Position numbers and translations under genes: made by a program. This document shows, in pieces, positions 1 to 16,208 of a stretch of 64,000 nucleotides of DNA (position 1 is its first letter; every line of letters starts with the position of its first letter). Source of the stretch: the human T2T-CHM13v2.0 reference genome, Homo sapiens; the NCBI RefSeq assembly GCF_009914755.1, contig NC_060929.1; one strand, given 5' to 3'. Below the pieces are notes generated by a model, which worked only from the letters and a program-made list of their open reading frames with translations, made no database searches and had not been told where the DNA came from.

Positions 1-2430
1 GATGTGAGATAGTATCTCATTGTGATTTTGATTTGTGGTGTGCAGCATTTTTCATGTTTTTTGGCCATGTGTATGCCTTCTTTTGAGAAGTGTCCTTTTA
101 TTTCTTTTGCCCACTTTTTAATGGGGTTGTTTTTTGCTTGTTGAATTAAGTTCCTTATAGATAACATATCTTTGTCAGATATTAGACCTTTGTTGGGTGC
201 ATAGTTTGATAATATTTTCTTCCATTTTGTAGACTGTTTATCCTGTTGATAGTTTCTTTTGCTGTGCAGAACCTCTTTAGTTTAAGGAGGTCCCTCTTGT
301 CAATTTTGGTTTTGATGCAATTGCTTTTGAGGACTTAGTCATAAACTCTTTCCCAAGGCCTATGTCCAGAATAGTATTTCTGAGGTTTTCATCTAGAATT
401 CTTATAGTTTGAGGTCTTCTATTTAAATATTTAGTCCATCTTTAGTTAATTCTTAAATATAGGGAAAGGTAGGAGTCCAGTTTTATTCTTCTGCATGTGA
501 TTAGCCAGATATCCCAGCACCATTTATTAAATAGGGAATCCTTTCCACATGCTTATTTTTGTTGACTTTGTCAAAGATTAAATAGCTATAGGTATGAGAC
601 TATTTCTGGTTTCTCTATTCTGTTCCATTGGTCTACATGTCTATTTCTCTATGAATCCCATGCTGTTTTAGTTACTGTAGCCTTAAAGTACACTTTGAAG
701 CTGAGTAATGTGATAGCTCTGGAGTTTTTCTTTTTGCTTAGGATTGCTTTGGGCTCTTTTTTGGTTCCATATGAATTTTAGAATTTTTTTTTTCTAATTC
801 TGTGAAAAAATAACATTGGTAGTTTTTAGATTACATTGGGCAGTAAGACCATTTTAACAATATTGATTCTTTCATTGATTGATTCCATGAGCATGGAATG
901 TTTTCCCATTTGTTGTGTCAACTATGATTTGTTTCAGTTGTGTTTTATAGTTCTCCTTGTAGAGATCTTCTTCTTCCTTGGTTAGATGTATTCCTAGTTA
1001 TTTCATTTTTTGTGTGGGGTTGCTTTCTTGATTTGGCTCTCAGCATGAATATTACTCGTGTATAGAAATGCTATTGATTTTTGTACAATGATTTTATTTA
1101 TCTTTATTGAAGTCATTTCAGTCCTAGGAGCCTTTTGGTAGAGTCTTTAGGGTTTTCTAGCTATAGAATCATATTGTTGGACTGGGTGTGGTGGCTTACA
1201 CCTGTAATCCCAATGTTTTGGGAGGCCAAGGCTGGAGGATCACTTGAGCCCAGGAGTCTGAGACAAGCCTGGACAACATAGTGAAACCCTGTCTCTACCA
1301 AAAGAAAAAAAAAATTAATAGCCAGATGTGGTAGTGATGCATGTCTACAGTCCCAGCTGCTTGGGATGCTAAGGCATGAGGATGGCTTGAGCCCAGGAAT
1401 TTGAGGTTGCAGTTAGCTATGATCACACCACTGCTCTCTAGCCTGGTGGCAGAGCAGGACCCTATCTTTCTCTCTCTCATATACACACATACACACACAC
1501 ATACACAGAATCATATTGTTAACCAAGAGAGATAATTTGACTTCTTTTCTTTTTATTTATTTCTCTTGCCTGATTGCTGCGGCAAAGACTTCAGTACTGT
1601 GTTGAATAGAAGTGATAAAAGTAGGCATCCTTGCCTCATTCCACTTCTTGAGGGGAATGTTTCCAGCTTTTGCCCATTCAGTATGATGTTGGCTGTGTGT
1701 TTGTCACAGATGGCTCTTATATTTGGGGGGTATGTTCTTTTGATGCCTAGTTTTTTGGGTTTTTTTTGAGGGTTTTTCTCATACAGGGATGTCGGATTTT
1801 ATTGAATGCTTTTTCTATATCTCTTGAGATGATCATATGGTTTTTGTTTTTCATTCTGTTTATACGATGGATCACATTTATTGATTTGCATATGTTGAAC
1901 TATCCTTGCATCCCAGGAATAAAGGCTATTTAATCATGGTAAATTAACTTTTTGATGTGCTGTGGGATTTTGTCTGCTAGTATTTTTTTGAGGATTTTTG
2001 CATGTGTGTTCATCAGGGATATTAACCTGCAGATTTCTTTTTTGTTTTGTCTTTGTGAGGTTTTGATATTCGGGTGATGCTGGCTTCCTAGAACAAATTA
2101 AGGAGGAGTCCTTCCTCCTCGGTTTTTTGGAATAATTTCAGTAGAATTGGTAACAGCTCTTCTTTGTACATCTGGTAGAATTTGGCTGTGAATCCATCTG
2201 GCCTGGGGCTTTTTTTGTTAATAGGTTTTTATTACTGATTCAGTTTCAGAACTTGATATTCATTCTGTTCGGGGTTTCAACTTCCTGATTCAACCTTGGG
2301 AGGTTGTGTATTTCCATGAATTTATCCATTTCCTCTAGATTTCCTAGTTTGTGTGCATAGAGGTGTTCATAATAGTCTTTGAGGATCTTTTGTATTTCTG
2401 TGGGGTAGCTTGTAATGTCACCTTTGTCAT
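1..2430 (-). mobile_element. Old LINE-1 fragment (ORF2 region, L1PB/L1MA-like), degenerate, interrupted by an Alu
   Basis: T-rich antisense L1 ORF2 sequence; minus-strand ORF 2246-2518 contains L1 ORF2p-like '[40 protein letters not shown]'. Subfamily is an estimate. Confidence 0.85.
1179..1506 (+). mobile_element. AluJ-type SINE with tail replaced by a (TC)n/(CA)n microsatellite
   Basis: Both Alu arms present with AluJ-like GGATCACTTGAGCCCAGG and GCTATGATC; perfect 14-bp TSD AGAATCATATTGTT at 1165-1178 and 1507-1520. Confidence 0.9.
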
Positions 2431-2466
2431 GAAAACATAAAAATGTTTTCTTACGTAATTCTAAAG

Positions 2467-2471
<5 letters not shown>

Positions 2472-2503
<32 letters not shown>
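2472..2503. repeat. T32 homopolymer
   Basis: 32 consecutive T. Confidence 0.95.
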
Positions 2504-2505
<2 letters not shown>

Positions 2506-3011
2506 CCCTGTTGTTCAAACTGTGGTAGCCCGGACTGAGTCAGGGACCTAGAATGTCATAATTTACCTCCTTCATCCTTTTGAAATTTTTTAAAATGGTG
2601 TTTTATAGGAGTATCTCTGACCAATTGAAAAGATGACCAATTATTGATAGATTAGCCCAGACCAGTGTGTCTGTGAATGTTTTATATTTGTCATTTCATG
2701 GTGCCACATATTACTCCATGCTATTGATTGCTGTTGACCTTGGATATTGTGTAAATTGTTAATGAACTTGGTGACTGACTCTTCTGGTCTCTGACTTTAG
2801 CACTGGGCCAGTCTTACTTGGCCACATTCACACTGCTATGTCTTCTAGATTTAAGAAAATAGAGTAATTTAAGTGAGGTTCCTGGACTTGTACTAGCAAA
2901 CAGAGCTAGACAGACTCTTGAGGTGAAGCAAAAGTGGTCCATTCTTCAGTGGTAGCAAAATGGAGGGAAAAGAGCACTGTGCTAAGAGTTGGGCGCCTAA
3001 TGCCAACCCAC

Positions 3012-3641
3012 TGTAGGGGCCAAGGGAAAGCTTCCCTTTCACTATCTGCAGATTCACTAAAAATCAACTGACAGCAGACAGATTGATGGCAGAAAAGGCA
3101 TAATAAAAATTTTACTTTAATATGTATAGCACAAGGGGATTATAGGAGAACAATTACCCAATAACCCAATGAGGTACAGATGCTTATATGCCTTTCTTCA
3201 CAGGGGAGGGGAGATGAGGAAAATGTAGCACTTGTGGAGTAGTAAATGATTTTAGGGCAAAATAAATGGACCTGGGGAACATAGAATGGTCTGGGAGAAA
3301 GTTTGTTGGGCCTGCAGAGCAGATAATGTCTGCCAAATGATTCTCTTTGGAATACTGAATGGGACTGAAACAGAAAACAGTGGTTTGTGACAGAAATTGG
3401 TCCAGGTGTGTTGCCATACTTAGGTCTTTCTTCCTTCAGTATGAGTCATTAATAAAAACTCAGGGAAGGAACCAATGGTAATTGTTTTTTTCTTTCCTTT
3501 GGGGGGATCCAAACTTTAGGCAGATAAGGGAACTTCAGAAAATAGCTTCTTCCAGACTCTCTGCTGGTCTCCAAAGGCCTTAAATTTAAAATAGCAAGCC
3601 AGGGTGTCATATTTTGAGGTATTAGTTTCTGAGTCCTAATA
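3012..3641 (-). mobile_element. ERV1 solo LTR, MER39/MER34-group-like
   Basis: Ends TGTAGGGGCCAAGGGAAAG... and ...ATTTTGAGGTATTAGTTTCTGAGTCC resemble recalled reverse-complement MER39/MER34-family termini. Confidence 0.55.
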
Positions 3642-3759
3642 TCCCTATGTGGCCTTGAGCTAATTGTGGAGCCCTGCTGTCTGTGAAAAGGCAGGGCACT
3701 TCTAGCTCTAAACAGCTAATCCTGTTATATTATTTTGACTCTTGGTTTCAAAATAATTT

Positions 3760-3885
3760 TAAAGTTAAAAAAGAGTTATAAAATTTATACAGATAATTCT
3801 CATCTGCCTTCACCTAATTTTCTCCAAAGTTAACATCTTACATATCTGTGGTATAGTTACCACAACTAAGAAATTAACATTGTAG
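3760..3885 (-). mobile_element. Ancient L1M 3'-end fragment
   Basis: 'GTTAACATCTTACAT...AACTAAGAAATTAACATT' is the reverse complement of the L1MC-like 3' end also seen at ~38130. Confidence 0.45.
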
Positions 3886-6233
3886 TCCTATAATATCATG
3901 CTTTACATGAGATTTATTTCAAGGAATGAAATCACCTGAATAACTTATAGATTTAAAAATATGTAAAAAGGACTTTAACAGAAAAGCTATTTGTTAAGAG
4001 GTGAATTTATAGATCTTTAAAATTCTCACTGCAGTTAAGTTGGAATGTTATTTTTGAGGGTTTTTTTTCTTTAATATTCTATACCCAGATTTTCTTGGTC
4101 TTACTTGTCAATAATGGAAAACAAATGGATTCAAAAGACCACAACTTATTTAGACACAGACTGTCTTTTAAAATAGACAAGCAGAAACTTAAATATACAT
4201 GTTCCTTACCTAATCAAACGTGAGAAAATTACATCTATTTCAAAACGCTTCTCCATTGAGTAACATTTGTTTTCCTCAAACCTCTGTCTTGGCTGCTAGA
4301 GGTTTTCTGTTTGTTCTTATTTTGTTGTTGTTTGCTTGTTTGTTAACGAAAACCAGATTTAAGGCCTCTGGCATTTCTTCCTAGAAGATGTCAGTTAAAG
4401 GAGAGGTAGCTTCCTCTTTGCTACAGTTTTGGTTCATTGCCTTTTTTTGGTTTGTTTTCAGAGTTACTATATTTACTGTATTTGCAGTCTTTGGTTAAGA
4501 TGCTTGTAAATAATCCAGAGTTGAGCTCAAATTTTCAAAAAAACAAAATGCTTTTCTCCAGACAAATAATGAGTGTTACAAAGGTCTATGCCAAATATCC
4601 ATCTCAAGTAATGTTTATTGACTTTATTCTTGCAAGGTAATTCTGAAGTAAAGACACTTTGTTCTGGATTCCAGACTATACTTGAAATTATACCAGGCAC
4701 TGTAACCATCCCTTGAAATAAGAAAAATTCATCTTGAATTGAAATCGTATTTTAATAAATTCATGATCTTAAACTATGAATATCTTAAATGTTCACTTAT
4801 TCACTGTTTTTTTTTCCCTCCTGAAGTCTATATAAAGACAAATGGAAAAATCACTGATCTCAGGCTGTTCATGATCTGAAACAGGAAATAGGCCATTCAG
4901 TTTTGCATATGTATTTTCCATAGGAACAGAGGCTTCCTTTGAATGCCTTCCTTGCTCTAAAGATTCCTTTCAACTGTAAAATTTCCTTGTAGGATTCTGA
5001 TCCTACGAGAATAGGAAGTAGACGGTAAAATCTTCTTTCTCAGGTACATGCCACGGCAAATGTTAAAAAAGAGAGAAAGTTATATAGACTACCCAAAGCT
5101 TGGAGGGAACCATGAAATATCAAGTCAAAATGTCTTTATAAAAGAATTCTTCATGTTCACAGTCAGCTAATATGCTGATGTGCTCTTACGTTACATAAAA
5201 TTATTTAAATAAAGTAATTTTTAAAAACCCACTTGGAATGCAGAGATAAAATGAAAACTCAAATAATTGATAGTTAAAGGGAATACAACAGAAATGTCAC
5301 CGCCCAATACAATACCGTGTGATAATTAATATGGAGATATGAACCAAGCCAGAGAATAATGGAGAATTACAAAATCTACTTAGAAGCGTTTAGGTAAAGT
5401 TGCCCAAAGGAGATGGCGTTTTGATTGAAAGAAGAGAGAAGAGAGAAAAGGTAAAAACCAACAAATAGGTCTTATAATTCAAAAGGAATGGTTCTCTGGG
5501 GCCATTTAGCATGGGAGCAAACAGCCCAACATATTTCTGTAACTCCTCAAAATGTTACTGGGTATTTACAAAAATTGATTTTTGTAATGTAATTTTCCTC
5601 ATAACAATTGTATTCTTTAAAAAATTGTATGATGGCAATTTCAGATATGGTTGCAGGAAACTTTAAAGATTGTTACAAATTTTAAAAATCAGTGCACTAC
5701 TTAATTTAGAACTAAAAATTTCACTAATCTCAAATCTATTGAAAAGAGCTTGAAATAAATAAGGTATTACTCTGTTACTGTTTATTTTTCCCCATAATGC
5801 TACCAGGGTTTAATGACAAAGCAGAAAGATTCTACGATACATCTATTACTCCCACTATTATGCACTTGAACATCCTGTAGGGTTTCTTTTTGTTGTTGTT
5901 GTTTTGTTTTGTTTTAATAGAAACATAGTAAATCTGAACTCCTTTGGGAATGTGTGAGATTTAAAGTCTGTGTGTATCATTGGGAAACAAGGATTAGACA
6001 AGGCTTGCACAAGTTGACAAAAATGAATTTATTTCTTTAATTTTATGTTAGGATGTCTATAACCAACTAAATATTTATAGGCTTTCTGTGATTTATAAAT
6101 TTAAACTATCAAAACAGTCTATTAGAGCCTTAGGGGTGAATTAATTAGAGGCTTGGTAATTCTCCGCACACCACTGACAGTTACAGTACCAAAATATTGG
6201 ATAAATAGTCTGACTTTTTTTTTTTCCTCTCTC

Positions 6234-6456
6234 TTTTATTTTATTTTATTATTATTATACATTAAGTTTTAGGGTACATGTGCACAATGTGCAGGTTTGT
6301 TACATATGTATACATGTGCCATGTTGGTGTGCTGCACCCATTAACTGGTCATTTAGCATTAGGTATATCTCCTAATGCTATCCCTCCCCCCTCCCCCCAC
6401 CCCACAGTAGTCCCCGGAGTGTGATGTTCCCCTTCCTGTGTCCATGTGTTCTCATT
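6234..6456 (-). mobile_element. 5'-truncated primate L1 (L1PA3/4-like) 3' UTR with A-rich tail
   Basis: Antisense L1 3' UTR (GGGTACATGTGCAC..., G-rich tract, AGCATTAGGAGATATACCTAATGCTAAATGAC); lacks the L1HS ACA diagnostic; no TSD found. Confidence 0.9.
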
Positions 6457-6473
6457 AAAAACATACAGGTTGA

Positions 6474-6700
6474 GGCCAGGTGTGGGGTGGCTCATGCCTA
6501 TGATCCCAGCACTTTGGGAGGCTGAGGCAGGAGGATCACCTGAGCTCAGGAGTTCCAGATCAGCCTGGCCACCATGGTGAAACCCCATCTCTACTAAAAA
6601 TACAAAAATTAGCTGGGTGTGGTGGTGCATGCCGGTAATCCCAGCTAGTTGGGAGGCTGAGGCAGGAGAATCACTTGAACTAGGAGGCGGAGGTTGCAGT
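6474..6700 (+). mobile_element. AluS element, 5' part (split by the provirus)
   Basis: GGCCAGGTGTGG... left arm, A5TACA5 linker, right arm ending ...GGAGGTTGCAGT directly at the LTR; continues at 15881. Confidence 0.92.
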
Positions 6701-6870
6701 TGTAGGGGTGGGTTGCCCCTACACACCTGTGGGTGTTTCTCGTAAGGTGGGACGAGAGATTTGGAAAAGAAAAAGACACAGAGACAAAGTATAGAGAAAG
6801 AAATAAGGGGACCCGGGGAACCAGCGTTCAGCATATGGAGGATCCCGCCAGCCTCTGAGTTCCCTTAGTA

Positions 6871-6876
6871 TTTATT
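6871..6876 (-). terminator. AATAAA in the 3' LTR (LTR nt 793), proviral poly(A)/initiator-region element
   Basis: TTTATT on the + strand within GATCAATAAATACTAAGG, a conserved HML-2 LTR element. Confidence 0.7.
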
Positions 6877-7581
6877 GATCATCTGTGGGTGTTTCTCAAA
6901 GAGGGGGATGTGTCAGGGTCACAAGACAATTGTGGGGAGAGGGTCAGCAGACAAACACGTGAACAAAGGTCTTGGCATCATAGACAATGTAAAGGATTAA
7001 GTGCTGTGCTTTTGGATATGCATACACATAAACATCTCAATGCTTTACAAAGCAGTATTGCTGCCCGCAGGTCCCACCTCCAGCCCTAAGGCGGTTTTTC
7101 CCTATCTCAGTAGATGGAGCATACAATCGGGTTTTATACCGAGACATTCCATTGCCCAGGGACAGGCAGGAGACAGATGCCTTCCTCTTGTCTCAACTGC
7201 AAGAGGCATTCCTTCCTCTTTTACTAATCCTCCTCAGCACAGACCCTTTACAGGTGTCGGGCTGGGGGACGGTCAGGTCTTTCCCTTCCCACGAGGCCAT
7301 ATTTCAGACTATCACATGGGGAGAAACCTTGGACAATACCTGGCTTTCCTAGGCAGAGGTCCCTGCGGCCTTCTGCAGTTTTTGTGTCCCTGGGTACTTG
7401 AGATTAGGGAGTGGTGATGACTCTTAAGGAGCATGCTGCCTTCAAGCATCTGTTTAACAAAGCACATCCTGCACCGCCCTTAATCCATTCAACCCTGAGT
7501 TGACACAGCACATGTTTCAGAGAGCACGGGGTTGGGGGTAAGGTCATAGATTAACAGAATCTCAAGGCAGAAGAATTTTTC

Positions 7582-12967
<5,386 letters not shown>

Positions 12968-14798
12968 TTATCAAATTTAGAACGACATTGACTAGCCCAA
13001 TGTTTTCCTTTTTTACATCTTGGACATAAGTCAGGTGGCTCTCTACCTGTTGTAGTTGCTTGAATAGTTATATTCTGTTTGTTTAAGACTGGGCAATTCT
13101 TTTTTAAGTGACCAATTTGACCACAATTATAACATTTTCCTCCAAATGTTCTAACTTGTCCTCCTAAAACAACTCCTGTTATTGCTTGAGCCATAAGCAT
13201 AGCTTTATGCATAGCTCCTCCGATTCCATCACAGGCTTTTACATATTCTGAGATTACATCTGATCCTGCAGGAACCTTTCCTTTTAATGGCTTAATGGCT
13301 GATTGACACTCAGGATTGGCGTTTTCATATGCCATCAACTCCACTATGACCTTACCGGCTTTTTCATCGGCAATTGACTTTTGAGCAACATCTTGGAGCC
13401 TTGCCACAAAATCAGGGTAGGGCTCTTTTGAACCTTGTCTTACTGTATTAAATGAGGGGCAGGTACTTCCTGGGTCTTGGATTTTTTCCCAGGCTCTAAG
13501 GCAGATAGCTCTAACTTGCTCAATGGCCTCATTTTGCATTAATGCTTGTTGACTAATAGTACTCCAATTTTGACCTATTCCTAATAGTTGATCTGCATCT
13601 ATGTTAACTGGAGGATTGGCAGCCCTATTTCTTCGGACCTGTTCTTGTACCCCATCAATCCACCAAGTCTTAAATTGTAAAAATTGAGAGGGTGAGAGAG
13701 ACGATTTTGCCAGAATCTCCCAATCATAAGGAATGAGTCTATGTCCATAAGCAATGGAATCTAATAATGTCCTCATATAAGGGGAGTTGGGTCCATACTG
13801 TTTTACTCCCTCTTTCATATCTTTTAGCATTTTTATCGAAAAAGACTTGTATCTGGCCTCAACTGTGGGAGGCTCTCCCTCTTGGGCTCCTTCTCCAGGT
13901 GGCATCGGTTCTAACGTTACTGGGAATTGCCATGCCTCAGTATCTCCTTCCTTTCTTGATTTATCAATAATTTCATGTAATTCACTACCCTGTCTACTAG
14001 GTGGTGCCATAGGATTAAGTCTCCTAGTGGGCGGCTGATGGTATGGCGCCCTGCCCTGTGGTGCTGGGGGCATTCCTGGATATCCATACTGACTTTCTGG
14101 GGGTGGCCGATACTGAAGTTCAGCCAGCGGCCAGTATTGATAGGCTACTTGCGGTTGGGTCTTATTTTCTTTAACCTGCTTTTGAGGTTGTAATCTTACG
14201 AGCACCTGACCTGCTGGAAGAGGACTTGTGCCTCGTGGTTTAGACTCTGATGGCCCCATTAATTCTGGACCTTTTCCTTCTAATTTTAACGTTTCAGGAT
14301 ATATCACCTCCTGTAATTGATTATAGTCAACATTTTGCGTTGACTGAGCCATTACCGGCTCTGCTACATATTCGCAATGTAAACTTTCGGTTTCTTTCTG
14401 GGATTTTTTCCTTGTGTTTTCATTACAATCTATTAAACAGCTTCCAGGGGCATCAGAAACTGAAATGCTATCTTCTTCTGTTTGAAATGGTTCTAAAGCT
14501 GCTTTAATAATGGCCCAATCATTCCATACTGTAAGTGGAATGATATTACCCTTCCTACCTGCTTGTTTTAGTTCCTTACCAATTCTTTTCCAATCTTTTA
14601 GATCTGAAGTTCCTTGTTCTGGAAACCATGGGCAAAATTGTTCTATTATTTGAAATAGCTTGATTAGATTTTTTGTAGATACTTTAACTCCCCCTCTTTT
14701 TAAAAGAATTTTAATAAAGCTGAGATAAGAGGCATATTTACTTTTAATTTTACTTTTAGTTTGCCCCATTATCACCCTAGCTTCTTCCGAGCGCGCAA

Positions 14799-14807
14799 GC
14801 TTACCGT
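14799..14807 (-). promoter_or_regulatory. Major splice donor ACG|GTAAGC (exon ends 14805); env/np9 acceptor CTAG|ACATTTG at 9447
   Basis: Consensus 5' splice site in the leader 35 nt upstream of the gag ATG, the canonical HML-2 position. Confidence 0.85.
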
Positions 14808-14892
14808 AAGGCTGACTGTAGATGTACTCGGGATCTCTCGTCGACTTGTCCTCAATGACCACGCTCGAGCGTACCTTCACCCTAGAGAAAAG

Positions 14893-14910
14893 CCTCCACG
14901 TTGGGCACCA
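14893..14910 (-). other. Primer binding site for tRNA-Lys
   Basis: TGGTGCCCAACGTGGAGG 2 nt after the 5' LTR; imperfect match to the Lys1,2 PBS TGGCGCCCAACGTGGGGC. Confidence 0.92.
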
Positions 14911-14912
14911 GA

Positions 14913-15880
14913 TGTAGGGGTGGGTTGCCCCTACACACCTGTGGGTGTTTCTCGTAAGGTGGGACGAGAGATTTGGAAAAGAAAAAGACACAGAGACAAA
15001 GTATAGAGAAAGAAATAAGGGGACCCGGGGAACCAGCGTTCAGCATATGGAGGATCCCGCCAGCCTCTGAGTTCCCTTAGTATTTATTGATCATCTGTGG
15101 GTGTTTCTCAAAGAGGGGGATGTGTCAGGGTCACAAGACAATTGTGGGGAGAGGGTCAGCAGACAAACACGTGAACAAAGGTCTTGGCATCATAGACAAT
15201 GTAAAGGATTAAGTGCTGTGCTTTTGGATATGCATACACATAAACATCTCAATGCTTTACAAAGCAGTATTGCTGCCCGCAGGTCCCACCTCCAGCCCTA
15301 AGGCGGTTTTTCCCTATCTCAGTAGATGGAGCATACAATCGGGTTTTATACCGAGACATTCCATTGCCCAGGGACAGGCAGGAGACAGATGCCTTCCTCT
15401 TGTCTCAACTGCAAGAGGCATTCCTTCCTCTTTTACTAATCCTCCTCAGCACAGACCCTTTACAGGTGTCGGGCTGGGGGACGGTCAGGTCTTTCCCTTC
15501 CCACGAGGCCATATTTCAGACTATCACATGGGGAGAAACCTTGGACAATACCTGGCTTTCCTAGGCAGAGGTCCCTGCGGCCTTCCGCAGTTTTTGTGTC
15601 CCTGGGTACTTGAGATTAGGGAGTGGTGATGACTCTTAAGGAGCATGCTGCCTTCAAGCATCTGTTTAACAAAGCACATCCTGCACCGCCCTTAATCCAT
15701 TCAACCCTGAGTTGACACAGCACACGTTTCAGAGAGCACGGGGTTGGGGGTAAGGTCATAGATTAACAGAATCTCAAGGCAGAAGAATTTTTCTTAGCAC
15801 ATAACAAAATGGAGTCTCCTATGTCTACTTCTTTCTACACAGACACAGTAACAATTTGATCTCTCTTGCTTTTCCCCACA
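14913..15880 (-). promoter_or_regulatory. 5' LTR (LTR5_Hs), 968 bp, proviral promoter
   Basis: Matches the 3' LTR except at 15586 and 15725; TATAAAA at 15350-15344 and AATAAA at 15088-15083. Confidence 0.97.
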
Positions 15881-15975
15881 GCAGTGAGTTGAGATCATGC
15901 CACTGCACCCCAGCCTGGGTGACAGAGTGACTTTGTCTCAAAAACTAATAATAAATAAAAATTAAAATTAAAAAA
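15881..15975 (+). mobile_element. AluS 3' remainder and A-rich tail
   Basis: GCAGTGAGTTGAGATCATGCCACTGCAC...GTCTC then an A-rich tail; continues the Alu broken at 6700. Confidence 0.92.
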
Positions 15976-15980
15976 CCATG

Positions 15981-16208
15981 CAGGTTGGGTGTCCCAAATC
16001 CAAAAATCCAAAATCCAAAATGCTCTAAAATTGAAAACTTTTTGAGGACTGACATAAAGCTCAAAGGAAATACTCATTGGAGCATTTCAAATTTCAGATT
16101 TTCAGATTTGGGGTGCTCAACCTGTAATGCAGGTATTTCAAAATCTGGAAAAATCCATAATTCAAAACACTTCTGGTCCCTTATTTCAGATAAAGGATCC
16201 TCATTCTG
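15981..16208. mobile_element. Tigger4a/MER46A-like TcMar MITE
   Basis: CAGGTTG terminal repeat, internal inverted copy CAACCTG at 16118-16124, end ...CTG followed by TA. Confidence 0.75.

Noticed and set aside
2472-2503. T32 as a solo poly(A) retro-insertion
   Set aside because: No flanking TSD is visible; slippage expansion is simpler.
6701-6723. Inverted repeat TGTAGGGG...CCCCTACA at the LTR end
   Set aside because: A standard HML-2 U5 feature present in both LTRs.
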